A stretch of 37,008 nucleotides of DNA, from NCBI GenBank assembly GCA_013151355.1, contig JAADIL010000042.1:1-37008 (forward strand). Reading direction: 5' to 3'. This document shows, in pieces, positions 1 through 10,686 of this stretch. This DNA comes from Gammaproteobacteria bacterium (lineage in GTDB: Bacteria; Pseudomonadota; Gammaproteobacteria; SZUA-152). The stretch's first letter is position 1. Each line of letters starts with the position of its first letter. The notes under the pieces are model-generated. The model was given only the letters and a program-made list of their open reading frames with translations. It had not been told where the DNA came from and did not search any database. A program made the translations under genes and the position numbers.

Positions 1-528
1 CTTCACACACCCATGGCTTGCCACGGCGCACCGGCGGAGTTGCTGGACTGGTTGCTGGATCCCGCGTCGTTAACCCGTCGTTTGCAGCAAACGTGTGGGG
101 ACGGGTTTCGTGTTGTACCCACTGAGCAATATTGGCAGCGCCCGATGTTGAACGAGGCGCAGGCACTGGGCGTATTGCCGCATGAACGCTGTTTTGTGCG
201 CGAGGTGCAATTGTTGTGTGACGATCAGCCATGGGTGTTTGCACGCACGGTGATTCCGGTGCGCACGTTGACCGGCCCACGTCGTCGGCTGTCGCGGCTG
301 GGTAAAAGACCACTGGGCGCAGTGCTGTTTGCAGACCGTTCCATGGTACGCAGCGGTATTGAAATTGCGAGATTGTCGCCGGAGCAACCGTTGTTTGCGC
401 GCGCCACAGCGGGTTTATCGCAGCCGCCGACGAGTATATGGGGTCGCCGTTCAGCCTTTTTTCTCAACCACCAGCCGTTATTGGTGAGCGAAATTTTTCT
501 CCCGGCTATCTGCCCACATCACTGTTAG
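1..528 (+). CDS. ubiC: Chorismate pyruvate-lyase (probably 5'-truncated by the window edge)
   Basis: [48 protein letters not shown] motifs; directly upstream of ubiA; frame is open from base 1 (first ATG at 13). Confidence 0.92.
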   Translation, partial: LHTPMACHGAPAELLDWLLDPASLTRRLQQTCGDGFRVVPTEQYWQRPMLNEAQALGVLPHERCFVREVQLLCDDQPWVFARTVIPVRTLTGPRRRLSRLGKRPLGAVLFADRSMVRSGIEIARLSPEQPLFARATAGLSQPPTSIWGRRSAFFLNHQPLLVSEIFLPAICPHHC

Positions 529-547
529 TCGGCTACAGTACCCGTCC

Positions 548-1492
548 ATGAATATACCAACGATGATATCGCGTCTGAGCTGGGGACGTATCAAGGATCG
601 CAGTTATTATTATGCGTTGCTGATGCGCCTGCATCGGCCTATTGGCACTTTTCTGCTGTTATGGCCGACGGTGTGGGCGCTGTGGATTGCGGGACAGGGT
701 AATCCGGATACGGGAGTGACGCTGGTGTTTGTGCTGGGTGTGGTGCTGTTACGCGCCGCAGGTTGTGTGATTAATGACTATGCCGACCGCGATTTTGACC
801 CACGTGTCGCGCGCACCAAAAGCCGACCCATTGCGGCGGGAAAGGTGGAGCCCCGCGAGGCACTGATACTGTTTGCAGTGTTGTGCCTGATTGCTTTTAT
901 CCTGGTGTTGACGATGAACTGGCTCACCATTGCCCTGTCGCTGGTCGGTGCGGTGCTGGTAGCGGTTTATCCTTTTACGAAACGCCACACGTATTTGCCG
1001 CAGGTGTTTTTGGGGCTGGCTTTTGGCTGGGCGGTTCCCATGACGTTTGCAGCGCAGACTGGCGGGGTACCGCTGGTGGCATGGCTATTGCTGATTGCCA
1101 CGGTGCTGTGGGCCACGGCTTATGACAGCATGTATGCCATGGTGGATATCGAGGATGATTTGAAAATCGGCGTCAAGTCCACGGCGATTTTATTTGGTGA
1201 TGCTGACCGCATTATTATTGGCAGTATTCAGGCGATGTTTTTGCTGACCATGTGGATAGTCGGCAACAAGCTGGAACTGGGTCTGTTTTATTTTCTGGGT
1301 TTGTTGGCTGCAACGGGACTGGGCGTGTATCAGCAGTGGCTGATTCGTGATCGCAGTCCCGAGGGTTGCTTCAAGGCTTTTCTTAATAATCACTGGTTTG
1401 GCGCGGTGATCTTTGCCGGGCTGGTGTTGCATTACTGGTTTGCGGAAGGGGCTGCGGAGCCCGTTGTCAGTGCCGTAAGTGGAGGTTTTTAA
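548..1492 (+). CDS. ubiA: 4-hydroxybenzoate polyprenyltransferase
   Basis: [28 protein letters not shown] and [13 protein letters not shown] Asp-rich motifs; multiple TM helices. Confidence 0.96.
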   Translation: MNIPTMISRLSWGRIKDRSYYYALLMRLHRPIGTFLLLWPTVWALWIAGQGNPDTGVTLVFVLGVVLLRAAGCVINDYADRDFDPRVARTKSRPIAAGKVEPREALILFAVLCLIAFILVLTMNWLTIALSLVGAVLVAVYPFTKRHTYLPQVFLGLAFGWAVPMTFAAQTGGVPLVAWLLLIATVLWATAYDSMYAMVDIEDDLKIGVKSTAILFGDADRIIIGSIQAMFLLTMWIVGNKLELGLFYFLGLLAATGLGVYQQWLIRDRSPEGCFKAFLNNHWFGAVIFAGLVLHYWFAEGAAEPVVSAVSGGF

Positions 1493-1496
1493 ATAG

Positions 1497-2498
1497 ATGT
1501 GGATGTCGTGGTTGGCTGTGGTTGGCGGTTTGGTTTTTTTGGTGTGGAGTGCTGAACGTTTTGTGCATGGCGCGGCAGGGCTGGCGCGTAATTTGGGGGT
1601 GTCACCGCTGATTATCGGCATGACCATTATGGGATTTGGCACGTCGGCACCCGAGATGCTGGTTTCCGGCATGGCTGCCAGCAATGGTAATCCCGGGATA
1701 GGGATAGGTAATGCGCTGGGTTCCAACATTGCCAATATTGCGCTGGTTTTGGGGGTAACAGCGTTGATTATGCCGCTAACGGTAGACTCTGGTATTTTAC
1801 GCCGTGAATTCCCCGTGCTGTTTGCGGTGACCTTGCTGGCGGGTGCCTTGATGCTTGATGGCGAGCTGGGTGTGCTTGATGGCGCTATCCTGCTGGGGTC
1901 CACGGCTCTGTTAATTGTCTGGATGATCTGGCTGGGCAAACGTTCACAGCCTGCCGCAACTGATTCCCGAACAACGACTCCGGTTGAGGATCCGTTGACC
2001 AGTGAATTTGAAAGGGAGGTTCCCTCCAGCCTCAGTACTGGCCAGGCCATATTCTGGGCTGTGCTGGGCCTGGTGGCCCTGGTGCTGAGTTCCAAACTGT
2101 TGGTGTGGGGCGCGGTGGATATTGCCCGGGATCTGGGTATCAGTGATCTGGTGATTGGTCTGACCATTATTGCCATTGGCACCAGCCTGCCAGAACTGGC
2201 TGCCTCGGTGATGAGCGCACTCAAGGGTGAGGATGATATGGCAGTGGGCAATATCATCGGCTCCAATATGTTCAATCTGCTGGCGGTGCTCGCTCTGCCG
2301 GGACTGATCGCGCCCAGTGTATTAGAGCCCGCAGTAATGCTGCGTGACTTTCCCACCGTGCTGGCATTGACCTTCGTATTGTTCCTGATGGCTTATGGCT
2401 TCAGAGGGCCGGGGCGCATCAACCGTCTCGAAGGCGGCGTGTTGCTGGCGGGCTTTGTCGGCTACATGACGTGGCTGGGTATGAGCGGTCTGGGCTGA
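1497..2498 (+). CDS. yrbG: Ca2+/Na+ antiporter (CaCA family)
   Basis: Two alpha repeats GTSAPE/GSNIAN and GTSLPE/GSNMFN; conserved position before kdsD. Confidence 0.93.
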   Translation: MWMSWLAVVGGLVFLVWSAERFVHGAAGLARNLGVSPLIIGMTIMGFGTSAPEMLVSGMAASNGNPGIGIGNALGSNIANIALVLGVTALIMPLTVDSGILRREFPVLFAVTLLAGALMLDGELGVLDGAILLGSTALLIVWMIWLGKRSQPAATDSRTTTPVEDPLTSEFEREVPSSLSTGQAIFWAVLGLVALVLSSKLLVWGAVDIARDLGISDLVIGLTIIAIGTSLPELAASVMSALKGEDDMAVGNIIGSNMFNLLAVLALPGLIAPSVLEPAVMLRDFPTVLALTFVLFLMAYGFRGPGRINRLEGGVLLAGFVGYMTWLGMSGLG

Positions 2499-2719
2499 AT
2501 GTGAGCTGAATGAATAGAGCACCGACAAAGATTAAGGCATAATACCTAAAGCCTGCAAGTGCTCGCACTCAGCACAAGCGCTTGATCCGTAGAGCGATAT
2601 GAAATTTTTCGACAATCACAGTAAAGATTGCGCTCAGAGCTGTCATTCATTCTACGAATCAATATCTTGCACTACGCAAGCACGACACTTGCGGGATATT
2701 AGGTAATGACCACAGAATT

Positions 2720-3694
2720 ATGAGCCCTGTTAAACTTGAACAAATGGCCCGTGCGGTCATCAATATCGAAGCCCGGGCCGTGGCAGATCTGGCCGGGCGC
2801 ATTGGTCCGGATTTTGTGCATGCCTGTCGTTTTATGTACGACTGCGAAGGTCGCATTGTGGTGCTGGGCATGGGCAAGTCAGGCCATATTGGCGAGAAGA
2901 TTGCTGCCACCCTGGCCAGTACCGGCAGCCCCGCCTTTTTTGTACACCCTGGTGAGGCCAGCCATGGTGACATGGGCATGATTACCGGTAACGACGTAGT
3001 ACTGGCGTTGTCCAACTCTGGCGAAACCACTGAAATTCTCACCATTCTGCCACTCATCAAACGCCTGGGAGTACCGCTCATTGCGCTTACCGGCAAGGTT
3101 GATTCCAGTCTGGCCAGGGCCGCTGATGCCCACCTCGATGTCAGTGTGGAAAAAGAAGCCTGCCCATTGGGCCTGGCGCCGACGTCCAGTACCACGGCAG
3201 CACTGGTGATGGGCGATGCACTGGCAGTGTCGTTACTGGAACAGCGTGGATTTACTGCGGATGATTTTGCACTGTCGCATCCCGGAGGCTCGCTGGGGCG
3301 GCGTCTGCTATTGCATGTGGAAGACATTATGCACAGCGACGATAAAATCCCCTGTGTGGACGATACTGCCACCCTGAGTGAGGCGTTACTGGAAATGACG
3401 CAAAAAGGTCTGGGTATGACCGGTGTCGTTGATGCCGCTGGCAAGCTGGCCGGTATTTTCACCGACGGTGATCTGCGACGGGTACTGGATCATGGCGAGG
3501 TCAACGTGCATCAAACCGGTATTGCCGGAGTAATGACCCGTGATTGCAAAACAGCGCAGCCCCGGCAACTGGCGGTAGAAACACTCAGTCTGATGGAACA
3601 GTACAAAATTAATTCGCTGATGGTAGTAGACGAACAGCAACAACCTGTTGGTGCGTTGAATATGCATGACTTGTTGCGTGCGGGAGTCGTATGA
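2720..3694 (+). CDS. kdsD: Arabinose-5-phosphate isomerase (SIS + CBS pair)
   Basis: GMGKSGHIG, HPGEASHGDMG, SNSGET, APTSSTT, HPGGSLG, GIFTDGDLRR. Confidence 0.96.
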   Translation: MSPVKLEQMARAVINIEARAVADLAGRIGPDFVHACRFMYDCEGRIVVLGMGKSGHIGEKIAATLASTGSPAFFVHPGEASHGDMGMITGNDVVLALSNSGETTEILTILPLIKRLGVPLIALTGKVDSSLARAADAHLDVSVEKEACPLGLAPTSSTTAALVMGDALAVSLLEQRGFTADDFALSHPGGSLGRRLLLHVEDIMHSDDKIPCVDDTATLSEALLEMTQKGLGMTGVVDAAGKLAGIFTDGDLRRVLDHGEVNVHQTGIAGVMTRDCKTAQPRQLAVETLSLMEQYKINSLMVVDEQQQPVGALNMHDLLRAGVV

Positions 3695-3769
3695 AAGACG
3701 GGCAGGGCGCATTTTATGCACCGGTTTAACTGAAACGGGGTTTGTGTTGAAAAACAGGAAACAGGTGTA

Positions 3770-4294
3770 ATGAAAGATATTCTGGCCCGCGCGGCGCAAA
3801 TCAAACTGCTGATCTTTGATGTGGACGGTGTGCTCACCGATGGCCGCCTGATCTTCGGTGACGATGGGCAGGAATATAAAGCCTTTCACTCCCGTGATGG
3901 CCACGGTATGAAAATGTTGCAGGCCAGTGGTGTGGCGGTGGGCATCATCACCGGTCGCACGTCAAAGGTGGTGGAACACCGCATGGCCAACCTCGGCATC
4001 GAGCATGTTTATCAGGGCAAGCTGGAAAAGTTGCCCGCCTTTGAGGAGCTTGTTGCCAGGCTGGGGCTCAACGCAGAGCAGGTTGCGTACATGGGGGACG
4101 ATGTGGTGGATCTGCCCATCATGTTGCGCGTGGGACTGGCGGTGTCCACCAACGATGCCCATTCGCTGGTCAGCAAACATGCCCATTGGCAGACGCCACA
4201 CAACGGTGGACAGGGTGCGGCGCGTGATCTCTGCGAGCTGATTATGGAAGCGCAGGGAACACTGACCGTCGCCATGCAGCACTATTTGCAATAA
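3770..4294 (+). CDS. kdsC: KDO-8-phosphate phosphatase (HAD)
   Basis: FDVDGVLTDG, RDGHG, AYMGDDVVDLP; synteny. Confidence 0.96.
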   Translation: MKDILARAAQIKLLIFDVDGVLTDGRLIFGDDGQEYKAFHSRDGHGMKMLQASGVAVGIITGRTSKVVEHRMANLGIEHVYQGKLEKLPAFEELVARLGLNAEQVAYMGDDVVDLPIMLRVGLAVSTNDAHSLVSKHAHWQTPHNGGQGAARDLCELIMEAQGTLTVAMQHYLQ

Positions 4295-4316
4295 AGGAAT
4301 GAGAATTAAATACTGA

Positions 4317-4895
4317 ATGTTGTTGTCTCAGCGCTTGCGAAAATCCTTTCTCCCCTTGCTGGTTGTGCTTGTTGCCGGGCTCAGTGTGTGGCTGTTTCAG
4401 GGGCAGCCGGACAAGGGGCCGGTGGTGACACCACAAACCCGCAGTGTGGCAGATTCGTTTATGGAAAACTTCACCACACAGGTGCTGGACGAACAGGGAC
4501 GACCACAGTATCAACTTCAGGCCACATACATGGCACACTATGCCGATGATGACCGTAGCGAATTTACCCAACCGCAATTTACCGCTTTCCGGCCTGATGG
4601 CCAGCGCTGGACGGCCGTGGCAGAAGCGGGGCGTGCAGAAAATGGCAGCGAGCAAATTTTCCTGGATGGCACGGTGATCATCCAGCGCTACCCTGACGCG
4701 ACGACATCGGCCAATTTACAGATTCGTACCCGCAATGTGCGAGTACAACCGGCGGATGATTATGCAGAAACGGATCAGACGGCCACCATCGTGCATCATG
4801 ATAAAGACACATTGAAAGCGGTAGGTTTGCAAGTGTATTTCCGCAAAGGACAAGTGCAATTGTTATCGCAGGTGCGAGGAATTTATGCGCCCTGA
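4317..4895 (+). CDS. lptC: LPS export protein LptC
   Basis: Single N-terminal TM then beta-rich domain ending VRGIYAP; lies between kdsC and lptA. Confidence 0.9.
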   Translation: MLLSQRLRKSFLPLLVVLVAGLSVWLFQGQPDKGPVVTPQTRSVADSFMENFTTQVLDEQGRPQYQLQATYMAHYADDDRSEFTQPQFTAFRPDGQRWTAVAEAGRAENGSEQIFLDGTVIIQRYPDATTSANLQIRTRNVRVQPADDYAETDQTATIVHHDKDTLKAVGLQVYFRKGQVQLLSQVRGIYAP

Positions 4896-5409
4896 CCTCC
4901 TGTTATTGCTGATAACCTGTGTGTTCAGCACACTGGTGCTGGCTGATAGCGATGATACTCGACAGCCTGTCCATATCGAGGCCGACCGGGCAGAGATTGA
5001 CGAGGCCCTGGGGGTGATGACCTACACCGGCCACGTGGTGGTGCGTCAGGGTGGCATTGAAGTGCGTGCCGATACGGTCGTGGTATACAGCAAAGAGGGT
5101 GAGTTGCAGCGCATTACCGCGCAAGGTCAGCCGGTGCATTATTTGCAAGAGCGGGCGGATGGAAAAACCGTGAAAGGCAGCAGTCAGCGCATGGAATACA
5201 ACACGAACAGCAAACAGGTGCTACTGCTGGGCAAAGCACAGTTCTGGCAGGGAGGAAATCGTTTTAGCGGTAATCGCATTCAATATGACCCCGATGCCGA
5301 GCGAGTGATAGCCAATGCGGGCGGTGCTGCCAACAAGACGGGTGAGCAGCAGAGGGTTACCGTTACCTTGCAACCTCGCCCAAAAAAACCAACCCCCGAC
5401 CATGAGTAA
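4885..5409 (+). CDS. lptA: LPS transport periplasmic protein LptA
   Basis: Signal peptide, [34 protein letters not shown]; overlaps lptC. Confidence 0.92.
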   Translation: MRPDLLLLLITCVFSTLVLADSDDTRQPVHIEADRAEIDEALGVMTYTGHVVVRQGGIEVRADTVVVYSKEGELQRITAQGQPVHYLQERADGKTVKGSSQRMEYNTNSKQVLLLGKAQFWQGGNRFSGNRIQYDPDAERVIANAGGAANKTGEQQRVTVTLQPRPKKPTPDHE

Positions 5410-6127
5410 TCTGGTCGCCATCGACCTCGCCAAACGATACCAGTCACGAGAGGTGGTGAAAAAGGTCTCCATCACCGTCGGCAGTGGTGAAGTCGTGGGC
5501 CTGCTGGGCCCCAACGGCGCGGGCAAGACCACCTGCTTTTACATGATCGTTGGTCTGGTGGCCTGTGATCGTGGCCAGATTCAGCTCAATGGTCATGACA
5601 TTACTCATTACCCGTTGCACGCACGGGCCCGTCTGGGCATCGGCTATCTGCCCCAGGAGGCTTCGGTATTTCGCAAACTCAGCGTTGCGGATAATTTATT
5701 GGCCATCTTGCAGACCTGCGCCGGGCTGACGCCACAGCAACAACAATCCAGACTGGACGAATTGCTGGGTGAATTGCACATCGGCCACATTCGCGATTCG
5801 CAGGGAATGAGCCTCTCGGGCGGCGAGCGACGCCGGGTGGAAATCGCCCGCGCACTGGCCACTGACCCCAAATTCATCCTGCTGGACGAACCTTTTGCCG
5901 GCGTCGACCCCATTTCTGTGCTGGACATTCAGCGCATAATCAACCACTTGACCGAACGTAATATCGGTGTACTGATTACCGACCATAACGTGAGAGAAAC
6001 CCTCGGGATTTGTCATCGTGCCTACATTATGAATGCCGGTGAAGTGATCGCCCAGGGTGCCCCGGAAGACGTGCTTAAAGATTCTCACGTCAAGGACGTT
6101 TATTTGGGACAGGATTTCAGGCTTTGA
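5402..6127 (+). CDS. lptB: LPS export ABC ATPase
   Basis: [48 protein letters not shown]; start re-assigned to ATG 5402 overlapping the lptA end. Confidence 0.96.
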   Translation: MSNLVAIDLAKRYQSREVVKKVSITVGSGEVVGLLGPNGAGKTTCFYMIVGLVACDRGQIQLNGHDITHYPLHARARLGIGYLPQEASVFRKLSVADNLLAILQTCAGLTPQQQQSRLDELLGELHIGHIRDSQGMSLSGGERRRVEIARALATDPKFILLDEPFAGVDPISVLDIQRIINHLTERNIGVLITDHNVRETLGICHRAYIMNAGEVIAQGAPEDVLKDSHVKDVYLGQDFRL

Positions 6128-6284
6128 TGTATAACTACCGTCTGTAAACACATAAAAAAATAAATGTTTGTCAAGCCTTCAACATGCCGGGGTTTGGAGT
6201 AGACTGGCAATAAACAACAGACAGAAGAATCGCCTCCCCGACTTTGGGATAAGTGATTTTGACCAGGGTTCAACGACCGTATCA

Positions 6285-7820
6285 ATGAAGCAAATTTTAC
6301 AGCTTAAACTGGGTCAGCACCTGACCATGACCCCTCAGCTGCAACAGGCTATCCGTCTGTTACAGCTCTCTACCCTGGAACTGCAAACAGAGATCCAGGA
6401 AGCGCTTGAATCCAACCCCATGCTGGAAATCACGGAGGAGGCCGCCGCAGAACATCGCGAAAATGACAGCGGTGAGCGAAGTAACGGTGAACCAAACACT
6501 ACCGCTGGCAGTAACAGCGGCGAAAATCGTACTGAGACCCCCCGTAACGAAGACAACGAAAGCATCGATGTGGCTGATCGCGCGGTGGATAAACAGGAAC
6601 AGGAAATCCCCAACGATCTTCCTACCGACAGTGAGTGGGAAGATTCCTACGCTGATACCTATGTCGATTCCCACAGTCCGGTTTCGCGGAACAGTGAGAG
6701 CGAGAACTCAAGTTACGAACAGGCGGACAGCAGCAGCGAAAGCCTGCAAGACCATTTGTTATGGCAACTGAATCTTTCTCCTTGCAGCGAAACCGATCAG
6801 GCCATTGCTACAACGATTATTGATGCCATCGACGACGATGGTTATCTTGGTACGACACTGGAAGAATTGCATCAGACCCTGTCCGAAGGCAACGACATTG
6901 AACTGGATGAAGTAGAAGCGGTATTACACCGCGTGCAGGATTTTGACCCACCCGGTATCGCTGCGCGTGATCTGCGTGAATGCATGTTGATTCAGCTCAA
7001 ATATTACGACGCAGAAACGCCCTGGCTGGCCGATGCAAAAGTGTTGCTCAAAGAGCACTTTGATGCTCTGGCCAAACGTGAATACCCATTGATTATGCGT
7101 CGCATGAAATTGGCGGAAACGCAAATGCAACACGTCATCCATCTGGTGCAAAGTCTCAACCCGCGACCCGGTGGACACATCACCGAAAGTCAGCCTGAAT
7201 ACGTTATTCCCGATGTGTTTGTGAAAAAAATAAAAGGTGAGTGGCGTGTGGAGTTAAACCCGGACATCACACCAAAAATTGGCATCAACAGCCTTTACGC
7301 AAAAATGGCGCAGCACAACAACAGCAAAGATGCCGTTTTTTTGAAAAACAATTTACAGGAAGCGCGCTGGTTTATTAAAAGCCTGCGCAGCCGTAACGAA
7401 ACCCTGTTAAAAGTGGCAACGACCATTGTTAATCGTCAGCGCGGATTTTTTGACTACGGCGAAGAAGCCATGAAGCCTATGGTGATGCACGATATCGCGG
7501 AAATTGTTGAAATGCATGAATCGACGATCTCCCGGGTTACCACCAAAAAATACATGCACACCCCGCGAGGCATATTTGAACTGAAGTTTTTCTTTTCGAG
7601 TCATGTGGGAACAGCGACTGGCGGTGAATGTTCGGCCACCGCCATCCGCGCAATTTTGAAAAAATTGATTGCTGCTGAAAAACCTGGCAAACCATTAAGC
7701 GATAATAAACTGGCAGGCTTGTTGGGTGATCAGGGCATCAATGTGGCACGTCGCACGGTGGCAAAATACCGTGAGGCAATGTCCATCGCACCATCCAATG
7801 AGCGCAAGCGGCTTGTATAG
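6285..7820 (+). CDS. rpoN: RNA polymerase sigma-54 factor
   Basis: MKQ..QLKLGQHLTMTPQLQQAIRLLQL start (ATG 6285), HESTISR helix-turn-helix, RpoN box ARRTVAKYR. Confidence 0.97.
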   Translation: MKQILQLKLGQHLTMTPQLQQAIRLLQLSTLELQTEIQEALESNPMLEITEEAAAEHRENDSGERSNGEPNTTAGSNSGENRTETPRNEDNESIDVADRAVDKQEQEIPNDLPTDSEWEDSYADTYVDSHSPVSRNSESENSSYEQADSSSESLQDHLLWQLNLSPCSETDQAIATTIIDAIDDDGYLGTTLEELHQTLSEGNDIELDEVEAVLHRVQDFDPPGIAARDLRECMLIQLKYYDAETPWLADAKVLLKEHFDALAKREYPLIMRRMKLAETQMQHVIHLVQSLNPRPGGHITESQPEYVIPDVFVKKIKGEWRVELNPDITPKIGINSLYAKMAQHNNSKDAVFLKNNLQEARWFIKSLRSRNETLLKVATTIVNRQRGFFDYGEEAMKPMVMHDIAEIVEMHESTISRVTTKKYMHTPRGIFELKFFFSSHVGTATGGECSATAIRAILKKLIAAEKPGKPLSDNKLAGLLGDQGINVARRTVAKYREAMSIAPSNERKRLV

Positions 7821-7876
7821 CCAACAAAAAACAGCGGCTGAAGCACACTGGATGGATATAACCAAAGGAGTTAATT

Positions 7877-8221
7877 ATGCAAGTTAATGTTACCGGTCAA
7901 CATCTTGAAATTACCGATTCGCTTCATGACTATGTTATTACCAAACTGGCCAGGCTGGAACGGCATATCGATACGGTGACCAATGTCCACGTTATTCTCA
8001 GCGTGGAAAAACAACGCCAAAAAGCCGAGGCGACAGTTCATATTAATGGTGCCAATTTTTTTGCTGATGCCGAAGCTGAAAATATGTATGCGGCGATTGA
8101 TGCATTAATCGACAAGCTTGACCGGCAGGTGAAGAAACACAAGGAAAAACGCTCGGATCATCATCGTGGCAGTAGTTCCGCGTTGCAGGCATCCTTACAG
8201 GAAGAGGCTCCGCAAGAATAA
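7877..8221 (+). CDS. hpf: Ribosome hibernation promoting factor (short form)
   Basis: MQVNVTGQHLEIT..., MYAAIDALIDKLDRQVKKHKEK; AAGGAG RBS; follows rpoN. Confidence 0.94.
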   Translation: MQVNVTGQHLEITDSLHDYVITKLARLERHIDTVTNVHVILSVEKQRQKAEATVHINGANFFADAEAENMYAAIDALIDKLDRQVKKHKEKRSDHHRGSSSALQASLQEEAPQE

Positions 8222-8230
8222 ACCCGGAAT

Positions 8231-8269
8231 AACATTGAGTGCGGGAGCAAAACTCCCGCACTCAATGTT
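8231..8269. terminator. Perfect 17-bp stem-loop after hpf (terminator or mRNA-stabilizing hairpin)
   Basis: AACATTGAGTGCGGGAG-caaaa-CTCCCGCACTCAATGTT; no clear U-tract follows. Confidence 0.55.
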
Positions 8270-8325
8270 GCAACACAAACCCGTTAATTTTTAACCTGAT
8301 TTTCATTTGGCGTCTCGATATCATC

Positions 8326-8790
8326 ATGCAATTTTCTGACATTATTACACCTGAACGCATTGCTACGCAGGTGCCTGTTGCCAGCAAAAAACGCGCGCTG
8401 GAAACCCTCAGCGAGCTTTTTGCGACCCGCTCACCGGGCACGCTGGACGCACACGACATTTTTAGCAGCCTGATTGCCCGTGAACGTTTGGGCACCACCG
8501 CCATCGACCATGGTGTTGCCATACCTCACGGTCGCCTTAAAAATGGCACCGAGACCATTGGTGCCTTTGTGCAACTGGCTGACGGCATTGATTGTGATGC
8601 TCTTGATCGCCAGTCGGTTAACCTCATGTTTGCATTGCTGGTGCCAGAAAACTCCACCGAAGAGCATTTGCAATTATTGGCGCGTTTGGCAGAAATGTTC
8701 AGTGATAGCGAATTGCGTGAAAAATTGCGGACAGCGACCAACAGCCAGTCACTTTATGATTCTTTGATTGATTGGGATCACAGTCACTGA
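8326..8790 (+). CDS. ptsN: PTS EIIA(Ntr)
   Basis: SKKRALE, ARERLGTT, GVAIPHGR phospho-His motif, HLQLLA; start ATG 8326. Confidence 0.93.
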   Translation: MQFSDIITPERIATQVPVASKKRALETLSELFATRSPGTLDAHDIFSSLIARERLGTTAIDHGVAIPHGRLKNGTETIGAFVQLADGIDCDALDRQSVNLMFALLVPENSTEEHLQLLARLAEMFSDSELREKLRTATNSQSLYDSLIDWDHSH

Positions 8791-8806
8791 TTTTGTACCC
8801 CGGCCT

Positions 8807-9790
8807 ATGAACGATACTGTCACCGTAAATCTTTTATTTCAGCGTTATCAACAACGGTTGGGCCTGCAATGGCTTGCCGGGCGCGGTGGTGAACAGCGAA
8901 CACTGAGATACAGTGATGATACCTCTGGTCATTCACTGATTGGTTATCTCAATATCATCCATCCCAACCGGTTACAATTGCTGGGGCCAATAGAGCTTGA
9001 CTATCTCAATGGGCTCGATGCTGCGTCGCTTCAACAGCTGATTAAACAATTGTGCGCAGGTGAGCCAGCAGCGGTGGTAGCTGCCAGGCAGCAGACCGTC
9101 CCGGATGAGTTGCGTGATTATTGCGAAAAAAGCCACACTCCTCTATTGCTGTCCAGCCTCGGCAGCGCAGAACTGATGAACAGCCTGCGCCATTACCTCG
9201 ATGATGAGCTGGCAGAAAAAACGGTGGTGCATGGTGTCTTGCTGGAAGTGCACGGTATGGGAGTATTGCTTACCGGCGAGAGCAGTGTGGGTAAAAGTGA
9301 ACTGGCGCTGGAATTGATATCCCGCAATCACAGGCTGGTCGCGGATGACGCCCCGGAATTTTCACGAGTGGGGCCGGATACTGTGCGTGGTTGCTGTCCC
9401 GAAGTATTGCGGGATTTTATCGAAGTCCGTGGTCTGGGAATCCTGAATATCCGCGCCATGTACGGTGACAGCGCGATCAAGTTCAGCAAGGACCTGCGTT
9501 TGATTGTGCATCTGCAACGACTGGCTGCAGAAGACTTGCAGCAGGTAGATCGACTGAAGGGCAGTTATCGCAAACGCACGATTCTGGATGTCGAAATCCC
9601 CGAAGCCACTCTGCCGGTAGCCTCCGGCCGCAACCTGGCGGTGCTGGTGGAAGCCGCAGTGCGGGATCACATATTATTGCGCAAAGGGTATAATGCCTCC
9701 AGGGCCTTCAGTCAGCGACAACGTGAACTGATTCAGGCGCAAACAATTCCACCCCGACAGACAGACGACCAAGGGCCTGTAAAGAAATAA
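8807..9790 (+). CDS. hprK: HPr(Ser) kinase/phosphorylase
   Basis: HGVLLEV, Walker A GESSVGKSE, LVADD, EVRGLGILN, GRNLAVLVE; start ATG 8807. Confidence 0.95.
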   Translation: MNDTVTVNLLFQRYQQRLGLQWLAGRGGEQRTLRYSDDTSGHSLIGYLNIIHPNRLQLLGPIELDYLNGLDAASLQQLIKQLCAGEPAAVVAARQQTVPDELRDYCEKSHTPLLLSSLGSAELMNSLRHYLDDELAEKTVVHGVLLEVHGMGVLLTGESSVGKSELALELISRNHRLVADDAPEFSRVGPDTVRGCCPEVLRDFIEVRGLGILNIRAMYGDSAIKFSKDLRLIVHLQRLAAEDLQQVDRLKGSYRKRTILDVEIPEATLPVASGRNLAVLVEAAVRDHILLRKGYNASRAFSQRQRELIQAQTIPPRQTDDQGPVKK

Positions 9791-9817
9791 GCAGGCACAA
9801 ACAAAGACTCCCATGTT

Positions 9818-10675
9818 ATGAAACTTGTTGTTATCAGCGGCGTCTCCGGCTCCGGCAAATCCACGGCACTGCATGTGCTGGAAGACCAGGGCTATTATTG
9901 CATCGACAATTTACCGGTGGGTCTGTTGCCGGACTTTGCGGTAAAGATGAATGCCTTCCCCGGACAGCTGGGTGAGCTGGCCGCTGTAGGCATTGACGCC
10001 CGTAACCCACCGATGGATCTCAGCCGTTTCCCGGAAATTCTCGACACACTAAAAGACGCGGGTGTCGATTGCGAAGTGATTTTTCTTGATGCCGATGACA
10101 ACATATTACTTAAACGCTTTAGTGAAACCCGCCGCAAACACCCGTTGAGTGGCGAAGAAACACCTTTGCAGGAAGCCATACATTATGAACGTCGTTTGTT
10201 GCAACCCATCATTGATCGCGCCAACCTGTTTACCGATACCACCCGAACCAATGTGCACCAGCTTCGCGATCTGATTCGTGAACGCATACGGGGCGAACAG
10301 CAGGTTTGCCTGTCAATTTTATTTGAATCATTTGGTTTTAAACATGGTATGGCGGCAGATGCAGATTTTGTCTTTGACGCACGTTGCCTGCCCAACCCTC
10401 ACTGGGAAAACAAACTGCGTGCACTGACCGGTCGGGATAAACCCGTCGCTGATTTTCTGGAAAGCCAGGAAATGGTGGGAAACTTTTTTGCACAGATACA
10501 AAACATGCTGACTAACTGGATTCCCTGTTTTGAAGCGGACAATCGCAGCTACCTCACTATCGCCATTGGCTGCACGGGCGGTCAACACCGCTCGGTATAT
10601 TTAACCGAACGCCTTGGCCAATACTTTCAGCAACAGCGCGATAACGTCATCATCCGTCACCGCGACCTGCCCTGA
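9818..10675 (+). CDS. rapZ: RNase adapter / P-loop NTPase RapZ (YhbJ/YvcJ)
   Basis: SGVSGSGKS, CIDNLP, RFSETRRKHPL, SFGFKHG, GCTGGQHRSV. Confidence 0.96.
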   Translation: MKLVVISGVSGSGKSTALHVLEDQGYYCIDNLPVGLLPDFAVKMNAFPGQLGELAAVGIDARNPPMDLSRFPEILDTLKDAGVDCEVIFLDADDNILLKRFSETRRKHPLSGEETPLQEAIHYERRLLQPIIDRANLFTDTTRTNVHQLRDLIRERIRGEQQVCLSILFESFGFKHGMAADADFVFDARCLPNPHWENKLRALTGRDKPVADFLESQEMVGNFFAQIQNMLTNWIPCFEADNRSYLTIAIGCTGGQHRSVYLTERLGQYFQQQRDNVIIRHRDLP

Positions 10676-10686
10676 CTGAATCTATC

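Noticed and set aside
1190-2356. Long antisense ORFs (388 aa here; also 2659-3462, 11595-12287, 21506-22297, 22889-23794, 34373-35146)
   Set aside because: Shadows of well-supported genes on the opposite strand, with no recognizable motifs.
2508-2652. Possible degenerate inverted ends GAATGAAT / ATTCATTC in the yrbG-kdsD spacer
   Set aside because: Only 8 bp match exactly, with no TSD and no second copy in the window; it may be an eroded element but is unsupported.
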